A stretch of DNA of 64,000 nt, from contig OX597838.1 in the NCBI GenBank assembly GCA_951406725.2, positions 28,830,001-28,894,000 of the forward strand, in the 5' to 3' direction. The first letter of the stretch is position 1, and every line of letters begins with the position of its first letter. The DNA comes from Octopus vulgaris. Taxonomy: Eukaryota. The notes below the pieces were generated by a model, which saw only the letters and a list, made by a program, of their open reading frames with translations, did not search any database and had not been told where the DNA came from. Of this stretch, positions 13,116 through 26,050 are shown piece by piece. The position numbers were made by a program, and so were the translations under genes.

Positions 13116-13411
13116 TAGCTACCTGTTTCTTTACCTGCCTATCGGTTTTGCTACCTGTGTGTTTCTGTATCTATGTATTAGTCTATCAATTAATCTATTT
13201 ACTTGTCTGTGTAACTCATGTAACTTATTTATATCTCTCTTTCTCTATTTTCTCTGTATATCTACCTACCTACCTACCTACCTCTCTATCTACATGTCTA
13301 CCTATCTGCTATCAACCTATTATACAGGCCCAAAAGTCATAAAGGTGTTAATTCATTTATGCTGCTTTAAATTTATAACTTAGCATGTCATACCGTATAT
13401 ATATATATATA

Positions 13412-13914
13412 TCAATCCTAAATCTGATTTTTCCCTGTAAGTTTGGATTTATTCCCTAATATTTTATTATTAATTAATATATTGATAAATTACGTATAAT
13501 ATAATATTTTACTATAAAATTGGATTCAATCCTAAATCTGATTTTTCCCTGTAAGTTTGGATTTATTCCCTAATATTTTATTATTAATTAATATATTGAT
13601 AAATTACGTATAATATAATATTTTACTATAAAATTGGATTCAATCCTAAATCTGATTTTTCCCTGTAAGTTTGGATTTATTCTAATATTTTATTATTAAT
13701 TAATATATTGATAAATTACGTATAATATAATATTTTACTATAAAATTGGATTCAATCCTAAATCTGATTTTTCCCTGTAAGTTTGGATTTATTCCCTAAT
13801 ATTTTATTATTAATTAATATATTGATAAATTACGTATAATATAATATTTTACTATAAAATATTCAATCCTAAATCTGATTTTTCCCTGTAAGTTTGGATT
13901 TATTCCTAATATTT

Positions 13915-13920
<6 letters not shown>
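13412..13920. repeat. Tandem array, 114-bp unit, about 4.5 copies
   Basis: Unit TCAATCCTAAATCTGATTTTTCCCTGTAAG... starts at 13412, 13526, 13640, 13752 and 13863; flanked by (TA)n. Confidence 0.95.
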
Positions 13921-13958
<38 letters not shown>

Positions 13959-14325
13959 TTAAAATGAGGGTGAGAAATTGGCTATTAAATTAATTAAATA
14001 ACCACAAGTGTAATTGGTAGAACTAGCTACAGGTCTGACCATGTGCAGACGTTCTCGTATATAGTTCTGCAAATTATATTCGTATAGACGGCCACACTGA
14101 AGATCTACGGGCAAATTGCGTAAGTAAAATGACGTAATCTGTTAATAGTGAAACATTTATGTGAATAATCTATATTTTGTTACTTTTCATTTGTCTTGCT
14201 CGCTTACCTTCTGGTGTTTGCTAAATTTTTCTTGAGAACATTTCTTAGTGGTAAGACCATAGCAGATCTGCTTCTAGCATAAGGGTTGTCCACATAGTGG
14301 TCATCTCTTTTATATGTGTGTGTAG

Positions 14326-14926
14326 AGATCGAGACCTTTGGAAGTATGCTGTGCGTGGGAAGACCCGGCAGGACAAGTGAGACCATAATCCGTGGCCTCT
14401 ACCTGGGACGTAGCCAGCCCACTTATGCATACCTTTCCTTCTTGTGACACAAACCCTACTTGTGAAGATGTGTTGAGGCAAGTGAAAATCAAAATCGAAA
14501 TCGAATGTTTCAACATCAATGGAAATTGTAGCTGAGATACCAGTGCCGGTGGCACGTAAGAGAACCATCTGAACGTGGCCGTTGCCAGCGCCGCCCCGAC
14601 TGGCCCACGTGCCGGTGGCACGTAAAAAGCACCATCCAATCATGGCCGTTGCCAGCCTCGCCTGGCCCCCATGCCAGTGGCACATAAAAAGCAACATCCG
14701 ATCGTGGCCGTTTGCCAGCCTCGTCTGGCACCTGTGCAGGTGGCATATAAAAAGCACCCACTACACTCATGGAGTGGTTGGCGTTAGGAAGGACATCCAG
14801 CTGTAGAAACACTGCCAGATCAGACTGGGCCTGGCGCAGCCTCCTGGCTTCCCAGACCCCAGTTGAACTGTCCAACCCATGCTAGCATGGAAAGCGGACG
14901 TTAAACAACAATGATGATGATGATGA
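14326..14926 (+). mobile_element. 5'-truncated RTE-clade LINE (ORF end, 3'UTR, (GAT)n tail)
   Basis: DRDLWKYAVRGKTRQDK-stop followed by a 3'UTR with GGCACGTAAAAAGCACC subrepeats and a (GAT)n tail. The same tail recurs at 1019, 1362, 1491, 3746, 6431, 30511, 32253, 38660, 41300 and 58487. Confidence 0.8.
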
Positions 14927-15073
14927 TATATGAAATATATGCACATTAAGAGTAATGTCAGATTTTGTGAATTAAACATAAAAATGTAATTAAAACAAAT
15001 TTATTAAACTTTTAAACTCCTCTGTGACATCTGGCCCAACCTCTATGTATGTATGAATGTGTGTATGAGTATA

Positions 15074-15439
15074 TCTCTATCTATGTAAACGGCAAAATGT
15101 CTGTGTGTGTGTGTCCTTTGTACAAATCCACAATTTTTCAGTTAGATGGCTCGCACTTTCTATGGTCATTCAAAACCGTCCAAGGGTGGTCGTGCACATC
15201 TTTACATTTCCCCAGTCACACTGCAAAGCCGTTAAAAAATCAATAGAAGTGACTTTTTTGTGAATTTTCTATCCAAAACCCAATCAAAATGCCCAAAACT
15301 TGATACGCCAATTGAATGCCAGCTAGCTGTATGTGATTGGTCAGAGGTTTGGACAGTACTCGCGTGTATGTGTGCATGCACGCAGCTGTATATGCATGCA
15401 CTAGCACTATGACCCAGCAACGCCGGGTCATAATGCTAG
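15074..15439 (+). mobile_element. Non-autonomous Helitron
   Basis: 5' TC(TCTATCTATGTAAAC), 3' hairpin TATGACCCAGCAACGCCGGGTCATA then CTAG, between A and T; lies in SRSF1 intron 3. Confidence 0.75.
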
Positions 15440-15587
15440 TATATATAAATTTCCCTACCTGCCAATTGGTCCCTCTCTCTCTCTCTCTCTCTACCTGTCT
15501 CTGTTTTTCTCTTATATATTTACTTCTACCGTATTTTATTTCTGTTTCACTCTCACTTGACAAAAAATATTTATTTATTTACCCCAG

Positions 15588-15764
15588 GGTGAACAAGCCT
15601 ACGTCCGTGTGAAGCAAGACTACCGGGGACCTTCCCGTTCCAGAAGCAGAAGCTATTCTCCACGACGCACTCGAGATTCGCCACGCTACACACCGATGAG
15701 GCTGCGCTCTCGCTCACCCTCATCTCTCTCCACATCTTACTCTCGTTCCAGATCACCTTTTTGA
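15588..15764 (+). CDS. SRSF1: SRSF1-family last coding exon (short RS domain, stop)
   Basis: Acceptor accccAG; reads GEQAYVRVKQDYRGPSRSRSRSYSPRRTRDSPRYTPMRLRSRSPSSLSTSYSRSRSPF then TGA at 15762-15764. The four exons join in frame (708 nt); intron positions after FEDPR, VSG and RSHE match vertebrate SRSF1/SRSF9. Confidence 0.94.
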   Translation, partial: GEQAYVRVKQDYRGPSRSRSRSYSPRRTRDSPRYTPMRLRSRSPSSLSTSYSRSRSPF

Positions 15765-16463
15765 ACTGAAACAAACCATTTTTTTTTCCTTTTATTAATC
15801 TGTCTGTGTGTATGGGTCAAGTATGGCTCCAATGGATACGACACTACATTTTTCTTTTCTCTTCTCTTCCATTTCTCATTGTTTAGTTGTCACATTTTTC
15901 ATCAAATCTGGTGTGTGGATGGATTAAGGACTGGGCATTGAAAGTAGGGATGGGGGTGGGGACCAATCTTTAGACTAAGATAATTGGAACTTAGCTTCAT
16001 AATCTTTGAATTCCTTTCTCCTTTGTTTTCAGCTTTTACCCCCCCCCCCCCACCTTATGTTACGATTTTTTCCCAGCCAATTTCTTTGTATTTTTTGATG
16101 CTTTCACATTACAATTTAGCATAGAATGAAATAATTTGTGATTATAACCACAACAATAACAAAAACAATAATAATAATCCAACCCCCTCTTAATTTTTTT
16201 GTTTTCAATTTTTTTTTCTTTGAGTTCTTTTTGTAGTAAAATAACAGAAAAAAATTATTTGGGTTTCACTTCTAAATAAAAGTTTGGTGAAACGCTTCAT
16301 TAGAATTTGATAATATATACGTATACTTATGAGTGTGTGTGTATATTTCTATACATACATACACACACATTTCTGCTTACTTCGTGGTATAAAAAAACAT
16401 AACTATATACATGTTGTGTGTTAGAGGTGTGTATAGCTTGTCATATACATAGAGTGAGTGTGT

Positions 16464-16523
<60 letters not shown>

Positions 16524-18034
16524 GAAGCTGTTGCAATGTACTTTTTGACTTGACCTTGCTTTGAATATCACATCTTTTCCTTTTCTTCTGCATCTGTTCT
16601 CGACTCCTCTCTCTCTCTCTCTCTCACCCTCCATCCTTCTTGTTTTACCATTTTCCTCTTCCAGCTGGGGGGTTTTGTTTCTCTATGCTTTAATGATTGT
16701 TTATTGTGCTCCTCTTTCCTAGATCCTGTGTGTTGGTACTCACAGTTACTGTGGAGCAGCAAAGGAATGTACCTACCTACCTACGTACCTAATCTACCTA
16801 TCTACCACACACACTCACAGAGCCGTCCAGATCATTGATTTACGGACACACACCACATTAACTGCTGTTTTCTCTCTCTCTCTCACTCTCTCTCACTCTC
16901 TCTTTCTCTCACTCTCTCTCTCTCTTTCTTTCTTTCTCTCTCTCTTTCATTCAGCGGAATATTGCTCCAAGATTTCCAATGCCACAAAAAATAAAAAGAA
17001 AGAAATTATATATATCTATAAAAAAAATGTGTAAACAAAACAAACTACAAAAAGTACAAAAACAAAACAATGAACTGGTATGCATCTGTGTAGTCCTTTC
17101 AAAATTTCTTTAAAAAAAATTTTTATCTTTTTCTGTTATTATTAATTTTTCTTCATTATTCTTTAGAATTTTTATTAATTAGGATTAAAAAAAAATATAC
17201 GTAACAAAAAAACATACGAACAATATAAAACATTAATCTATCTATGTGTACACACACACACACTGCATGTATACACTGCATATACATACGACCGACCGAT
17301 ATACACACTCACAAAAAAAAACACATATACATGTGTTTAAAAAAAAAAACTTAGAAAAAGAATAAAATTGCTATCTTGCAGTATTTTACATAACAAAAAA
17401 AAAGTTTCCTTAATCTTAAGTAACTTTAATTATTTTTAATTACGTTAATTAAAAGTTAATATTTTATATTTAAAAGGTTAAATGCGAAAGGACAGTTTTT
17501 ATCTCTTTGTGAGATTTTGTGGTGTTGACAAAAAAAAAAAAAAAATGAAGCAAAGAGCTTTGTCAAATCTATGAGGGGGAGAGAGAGCATCGTTTTCTTT
17601 CCGTTTACTGTTAGGTTCTGTTTCTGTCATCTCGTTCTTTTCCACTGAAGAACAAACAAAACAAAATGACCTTCTATTAGAATTATCCCATACAGTTATA
17701 TAACATTATACACACACACACACACACTCTCTCCTCTTTCTCTATGTATAAACACTTCTAGTCATTCGGTAGTTTCTTTTTTTCTGTCCAACCTCGTTTG
17801 TCAATGAATGCCCCCCACTTCTTCACACCCCTGTATACATAAACACTAAGAACACGAGACACACACCCAAAACGCAAATATAACCATATTTGGAAGAAAA
17901 GAAAATGTACTTTTTTTTTTTTTACCATATATGGTGTTGACTCACCACCCCCTAGTGTTCTTCTTGTGTATCTATTGGTCCTGAATGTAGTAATTATTTT
18001 CATTCTTTCTTCCTATACAGTAATATACAATGAT

Positions 18035-18079
<45 letters not shown>

Positions 18080-19811
18080 CTCTCTCTGTAGTGGTCATTT
18101 CTGTTGGTTAGCAAAAAGGAAATCCTACTGCATAACCTTGAGATTCCCTTCTCTTTCCTTTCAACTCTGGCAAGTCTGAAGTTGTTGTTGTTGTCATTGT
18201 TAGTAGTTGCAGACGCTTCATACTTAATAGACTGGCAAAGTAATGTCTTCTGAGTACCATCTTTGCCATTTTGAATGTGTCTTTCCATTCCTTTGTAATT
18301 CAAATTTATAAAGACAAAAAAAAAAAAACAATAATTATATTCTAGATTTCTTTGTTCCTAGTTCACCTGTCTGTCTATATATACATATACACACATATAC
18401 ACTCCTGTCTGTTGTTTTGCTTATACACACACATCACATGCATTTCTTTTAAGTGTGGGCCCATTTCTATGCAAATGCTGGGAGCCACCGAGCGTTATTT
18501 CTTTTCTCTCTTTGTTCTTTTCATTTCCCCAAATTTTATTTTCCATTCTTCTTCTTCAAAGTTGTAGTGGACCAGAAATAAGGTTTGTTATTTCAGTATC
18601 TCTGCTCTTCTGTTCCAAATATTTCACAGAAATATATTATAATTTTTACACATGATGATGATGATGACGATGATCACACACATGCACACACTTAAACACA
18701 CGCTACTATTTAGTTTTGTCCATTTTCCATGACTGTAAACACACGCACTCACACACATACATAGGAAAGAGGAAACCTTAAAGTTTAATCGCATTCATAT
18801 TTTCCATATAACAGTCCTGTTCCCTTAATGTTTTTTTAATGTTAAAGCAGTATTGATTTTGAGAGTGTTATATATACATATAGGTATACATATGTGTGTG
18901 TGTATATATAGATGTATAGATAGATGTATATAAATGACATGACTGGTATGTAATAACAGTTTATAAATTTATTTCTTTAAATGGCCACAGCTGAGATGCA
19001 TTTCACAACAACACACCAGGAGTGTCTCTCTTCTGCCACCTTTGGTAGATCTCTAGTTTCTGTGTGTGTGTGTGTGTGTGCTTGTATTTTATATTCTAGT
19101 TAGCAGCCTAGTTATATACATACAGTATAGTTATATTACACTCACTCAGTATCATTAAAGGTTTTGGTTTTTATTTTTAGCTTCAATTCAGTCCCAACAA
19201 AGATGTCATTCCATCCATGACTCTCTCTCTCTCTCTCTCCTTTTTGTACAGCTTGGACAATGTTGTCCTCTGTCGTCTTTTGCTTCGTATAATGTGGTAG
19301 GTAGAGGTGCAATTTGACTCCTATTTCTAGAGGGCTGCATAACTACATAGAGGCTCCCATTTATGCCTGTTGTTTCATACAGTTTTGGCTACGTCTATAT
19401 AAACTGCTCTCTCATAAATATATACATAATACCATATCTGGAAAATTCACCGCAAGCATTTTTTGCCATGGGAAATTTCGCTGTAGGAAATTTTCCCATA
19501 ATTAGAGAAAATTACCTTTCTCTAATTGGTAGGTTAGTTGATGAAGTTGCCATTTTAATAAAACAGCTAATCTTTATTTTTGCTATTAATTTTTTTTTTA
19601 CGGCAAAAATGCTTATAGTGAAATTTCCTATAACCACATAATACATACATTTTACACACATGTAAACACCCACATTATTTTCACTGACCTTCATGTCTAC
19701 CTGGAAAATAGAATCAATGTAACCCTGGGCTAAATTGTTGCTTTCTATTTAGTTTATGTATTTCTGTAGTTCAAGCCCTGTTGAAATTAATTCTCTCTTT
19801 CTTCCTTCGGC

Positions 19812-19850
<39 letters not shown>

Positions 19851-22800
19851 TGAAACAGCTGTAGGGGATGTTGGTGGCATGTCTTTTGATCAGCTCTAGT
19901 CCCAAATCTCCCCCTCATGGCATTATGGATTTATGTATATCAGAAAAAAATAATTACCAGCTTCGTCTATTTTCAACTCTAAGAGTTAATACTTTTTAAA
20001 AAAAAAATATTTTCTTCCTCCTCCTCCTATGCTCTCTCTCTCTCTCATAAATTAAGCCCCATCCCTTCTATTATTATTATTATTATTATTGCATACACTG
20101 CCTCTTTCCATGTTGTTTAGTCTTGATGTTGCTTTTTTATTTTCTTATTTTTACTGCATAATTTGAAAAACCAAAATTGTCTTGTAGTTTTATTCCATGA
20201 ATGATATAAAGATATGTAATCTTTGTTGATTTCATAACATTTGTATTTAAAAAGTAATATTAATAATGATATAATAATAATAATTAATAATAATAATAAT
20301 GATATTATTATTATTATTTAGTCAGTTCTGATGGTGTCGGCGAGGTGTTTCTAATGGTATTCTTCCTTTTTTTTTTTCATGTACTTCTAAAGGTTAAATA
20401 CTTAAAGGATGGATTGGAAGCTAGGAGCATTCATTGTCTGGAGACAGGATCCTAGGAACCTGGGTGGAGGGTGAGGAAAAAAAAATATTAAAAAAAACAG
20501 AGCAAAGGAAATTTAGTCATGTTTGTTGTTTTCTCTCCGGAAAAGAACAAAAAACAAAAATACACAAATGCAGGAAAGGATTTATTAAGGATGACTTAAT
20601 TTTTTATATTTTTAGCCATTTAAATAATGCAAAAAAAAAAAAAAAATTATTTTTTTTTTTTTTGCATTGAGAAATTGGCAAATTTCAAAATCAGAACAAC
20701 AACAAAAAAAGTCAAATCAAGCTAAGCAAAAAAAATATCAGGAGAAAGGAAGGAGAAAGAATGTAAAGCCAAATGGCTATATATACATATATATATATGT
20801 GTATATATATTATATATATTTATATATATATATTATATTTTTTAAACTATGTCTTAATCACTTGTACCACCAGATTCAGGATAACAAAGGATATACCATT
20901 TTTTTTTATTGGAAAGCAAAATGAGGCAAATATCGAATTAATTTTAAAAAGGAGGAAAAAAAATATATATATATAAAAAAAAAAAAAAAGCAAATATAAA
21001 CGAGGCAAAAATCGGATTAAATTCACTTCTGGTAAAATACTTCCTACAGGAATTCTTCATCTGCTTTTCTTGGATTTCTTTTAACAGAATAATGGATTTA
21101 ACCTGTAATTGGAATTTTTCATAATTTAACGGATTGCTTTCAATGAAAAAAAAGGTGGCATCGAAGGAAGGAAAGAGAAACAAAAACCTATAAATATAAA
21201 TATTAACGATATAAATAATTATAATCTTTAACGGAACTCCTGCAAGTAATTCCTATGGAAAATAAAATTTCAAAGGAGAATGTTTTAAGGGGAGAGTTTG
21301 AGAAAAACAAATTGTTCTGTAATAGGGTTTATTGAAAAGACTAGTTTTTAGAGTTAGTGGGGCAAGTTTAAAAAGTGTCAGGGGTTTACTCTAACAGTGA
21401 AATCTTTGGTCTAGCTGCTGCCTTTTCCAGCTTATAGAATGAATCTCTCTTGTAGAATTATTTGGTGCTTAGGTAGTATTTTTGCATGCTTGTGATAGTT
21501 AATCTTAGTTGTGATTATGGTATGTCAGTGTGCGTGTTTGTATAGTCTGGTTCAATATAATGAAAGTTATTTGATAGCTTTTGTTGTAAAATACAAAGAT
21601 GATTTGAGTGTTGCTGGTAGCTGTTACTCCTTCTGTTTGGGAGTTTCTTCATTTAGTAATTAGTGTTACTGTTAAAGTATTTAGCCACTGAGTCCGTTAG
21701 GTAAGTTCAAAAGCTGCTCTTGTTGGGGGCAGGGGGCAGAGAATCGGTTTTTTCTTTTATCTGTTAAGAGCTGCTAAATTAGTCTTAGATAATTTGAATC
21801 AGTTGATTTTCTCATAGAGTTGGTAATGTCAAAGTGTTAAGATTTTAATTGGGGAAATAATGAGTAGAGCTGTTCAAGTGTTTAAGATTTTAAAAGACAA
21901 AAATCTGAAATGATATCTTGATTAAACAGTAATGCATGTGTTAAGGGTTAGATTTTTTCCCTTCCTGAAAGTTTTCTAGTTGGCTCAGAGGGTGGTCTAT
22001 CAGCAGAGAAGTCTTTGTATCTTTGTTGTCATACTTGTTCCTCAGTTTTATCAGTCAATTAAGAATTAATTAGGCACACTTGTATGTTGGGAGAAAGACC
22101 GGTCGTTTATTATTGTTCAAATTCTCTTGTGTATTATTGGTATTATTTTTTTAGCTCACCTCTTCCATCTGTATCTCTATGCAGTTTTTACTGATTGATC
22201 CAGTCTACCTGATTTTCAGGTGAGTGTGATCTGTATAGATGGAGGTGCATCATTATAGCTAGCAAGATAGGGTGCGACATCAAAGTGTATTATCCTTTTG
22301 GAAAGGGATACAAAATCAAAACCCCAAAAAAAGTCTTCCCATGATGGGATTTAATCCATACATTTTGCTTAGATGTAATTGGAAAGTTATTCACTGGTTT
22401 AAGAATGAAGACAGATAATTTGTTACGAAAGTAACTATAGATTTGACTACTGCTGCCTTTAGAAATTTTTCTGTTGGGTTACTGTAGATTGTGGCTTTTA
22501 ATTTTGTTTAGTTTTAACAGAAAATAATGAGGAATTGAGCTCCACAGACCAGATTTGTAAAGTTTAAGGCTTGGCTTTGTTTTCATGGTTTATCTCTTGT
22601 TTTTAGGTGTTTTTATGCTGTGTCGTAGAGCAAGACTCGCTATTGTTGAAACTGCATCGGTCTGATATAAAGGACAGAATAGCTAAACAAACAATGGTCA
22701 GTGGAAATAATTTGGTGTATGAAAGGGGTGGACGTTGAACTCGATTTAAAAGAGTAATAGTGAACTAAGGGTCAATGAAATTTCAATTTACTGATTCAGT

Positions 22801-24100
22801 GCAGAACACCATTTTGAAGAATTAACTTTTCTCCCCGTCCCTAAGGTCATCTTATTTCTTCATTTTACTTGGAATCTGTAACAGGAAAGGAATTCTTAAA
22901 CTATATTTCTCGGTTCTATTTGGATTCTATAACAGGAAAGGAATTCTTAAACTATCATGAAAGTGGATCCTAGGCATTGAATAAAATCCCTTTGGACGAT
23001 TCTGACGAGGATTTTTATTTCTTTTTACAAGGATAAAAATATCTGCTAACCTTGATGGTGTCTTGGTCGGCTGGCACCATTGAGGCCCATCTGTCCTGTC
23101 TGTCTCTGTCTCCAATAACACCAGGAAAATTAGAGGCACCATTTGGAAGGATTCTCTTTCAACCGCTAAGGAACATAACATCTTGTCTGTCTCCCCATTT
23201 TTTCTGTTTTTTTTATTAAATATATATATTTATATATATATATATATGTATTATAAAATTAATTTTCCCTCTTGGTCAGGAAAAGGAAAGGAAGGAAGGA
23301 AAAATTGGAATTTCATTCGGATCGCAAGCTAAGCAAACATACAAAATAAAAGTAACAACAACAACAGCAACAACAATAAAAAAAAAAAAAAAAACAGACA
23401 AGCAAAGCGAGACAGGAGACAACAACAACAGCAACAAAAAACAAACATAACAAAAAAAAAGACAAAATTAAACATTACAGCAATTATTTAAAGGCCCCCC
23501 TCAGTATAAGGAACATTTTTTTCAAGGGAGATTCTAAGCTTGTTCACAGACAACAGGGAGGATAGGCTATCACAAGGCACTGGCTTCTTCGTCGATAACA
23601 CTAGGATACCTGCTGGATTTAAAACCGGTAAATTATAACTAGTATACTTTTTTTTCCTCTCCATTACTATTATTACTACTACTACAACTATTACTACTAC
23701 TACTACTACTACTTTATATTTTTAAAATTTAATATTACGGTTGAATGTTTTAAATTTTGACATCTACTCATCTTTATATATATATATATATGCTACTTTA
23801 ATTTTGATAATTTCATATTTTTTCTTTTTATCCTTTTTTTTTTTGTGTTAATTAAAATTAAGTCGTTAGAGCAGAAAAGTAATGTCTCTTAATTATTTTT
23901 TATTTTTAGTTTTTTGCAAATTTTTTTTCTTTTTTGTCCCCTTACTGATTTTTTTTTTTTTTTTTTGAAAATTCATCTAGTGTTAATAAATTAAAAATAT
24001 TGATTGCTTTTTTTTTGTTAACCCCATTCCAACCACCATCCTATAAATGTGATTCTTTTCTATATAATTCCTTTTTCTAGCAGATTTAATGTGAAAATAT
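15765..24100 (+). other. Putative long, possibly spliced 3'UTR of the SRSF1-like gene
   Basis: About 8.4 kb without intact SINE/LINE copies; AATAAA at 16275-16280 followed by a GT-rich tract, and at 23985-23990 followed by a T-rich tract; GGA-rich blocks and candidate splice sites. Confidence 0.55.
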
Positions 24101-25559
24101 AAATTCATATATGTAATAACTCAGTGTTTTGCTTTTCAGGTTTTCGCTGTCGTCTCTTTTCTTTCTATCCTTCTCTTGTTTTAATTATGCTTTGCATTTA
24201 TCAATTAATGTTTGATTAATATTACATGTTATTAAAAGGTGGTGAGCTGGCAGAGTCGTTAGCATGTTGGGCAAAATGCTTATCAGCTTTTTCATCTGTC
24301 TTTACGTTCTGAGTTCAAATTCCACCGAGGTCGACTTTGCCTTTCGTCCTTTCGGGGTCAGTAAAATAAGTACCAGTTGCATACTGGGGGTTGATGTAAT
24401 CGACTTAGCCCCCCTCCCCATGAAATTTCTGGCCTCGTATCAAAATTCGAAACCAATATCATATGTTGTTAAGTTTTCCTTCAAGAGCAGCAGGGGGGGG
24501 GGTACTCCCAGAATTGTTAGAGCTTTAGAGACGAAACAAAAATACCTTGTGGTATTTCTTCTGGCATGCTTGCTTAACATTCTGAGTTCAAACCCTGCCT
24601 GGGGTCAAATTTGCCTTTCCGCCCTTCCGGTTCCGGTTGGGGGTGGGTGGTGGTGGTGGGGAGGATCGGTAAAATAAAGTACCAGTCGAAGTACGGGAGG
24701 TTGATGGTATCAGCTGACCTTTCCCTTTTCTCAAACCTGCTGGCCTTGTGCCTAAATTGGAAATAAACAAATTTTTTATTTGTCGTAATATGTTTTGTCA
24801 ATTGTCGCTGCTGTCTTAAGGGTTACATGTTCCCAGTATTCCAGCATTTGTCCCTGTTTCAGTCCCCCCTCCCCCTCCACCCCATTCCCATCCAAACTAA
24901 CTGACATAATAAAACTCCATTTTATAACAAAAACACTTTGATCTTTCTTTAGTTTTATTTTTTTCTGGTTTTTTTTTTTCTGCATGAGATTTTTTTTTAA
25001 AATCCCCCTTTTTTTTTTATCTCTGTCTTTTCTTGGTAATTTTCTTTGTGAAACTAGCCAAATTAATTATCCAATTAACGAAGGTGTACTTAGGTGCAGG
25101 CTTGGTTGTGTGGTTAAGAAGGTGGGCTTCCCAGCTACGTGATCTTGGTTTCAGTCCCACTGAGGCACCTGAGGCCAGTGTCTTCTCCCATAACCCCAGA
25201 CCGGCCAATGTCTTGTGAATGAATTTGGTAGATGGAAACTGTGTGGAAACCTGTTGTGTGTATGCGTGTCTTTGGGTTTGTTCCCCCCACCCAATTCGAT
25301 GCTGGTTTGTTTACATCCCTGTAACTTAGTGGTTTAGCAGAAGAAACTGATAGAATGAGTACTGGAGTCTGTCTATTTGACTAAACCTTTCTGAGCAGTG
25401 CCCCAGCATGGCCACAGTCCATTGACTAGAACAAGTTCCCATCTACTACATTCTCCATTGGCTGTCCGTGGGCTACAGTGCAAGACCTTTGTCCAAGGTG
25501 CCGCACAGTGGGACTGAACCCGAAACCACGTGGCCGCAAAGCTAACCCCTCAATTCCAC

Positions 25560-26050
25560 AACCATACTTGTATCTGTCTGTCTGTCTGCCTGACTACATG
25601 TCTCTCTGCCTGTCCGTCTGTCTATCTGTCTATCTTTTAGTTGTTTCAGATTTTTGACTGCCGTCATGGTGGGGCACGCTAGAGAGTTAATCATATTGTA
25701 CCAGAAATTATTTTAATAAAAATGTTTAGTGTATGTGGATAAAATTAATATATAATACAAAAATAACTTCCATCTCTCTCTATTTCTCTATCTCTATAAC
25801 TCATCTGTGTATCTGTCTGTCTGTCTGTCTATCTATTGCTCTGTCTGTCTATCGCTCTGTCTGTCTGTCTATCTATTTATCTGTCCATCCATCTATCTGT
25901 CTGTCTGTCTGTCGCTCTGTCTGTCTGTCTGTCTGTCGCTCTGTCTGTCTGTCTGTCTATCTATCTATCGCTCTGTCTATATATCACTATCTAACTCTCT
26001 CTCTCACTCTCTCTCTATCACTCTGTCTGTCTGTCTGTCAATCAATCAAT
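25560..26050. repeat. (CTGT)n/(CTAT)n microsatellites
   Basis: Direct inspection. Confidence 0.9.
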
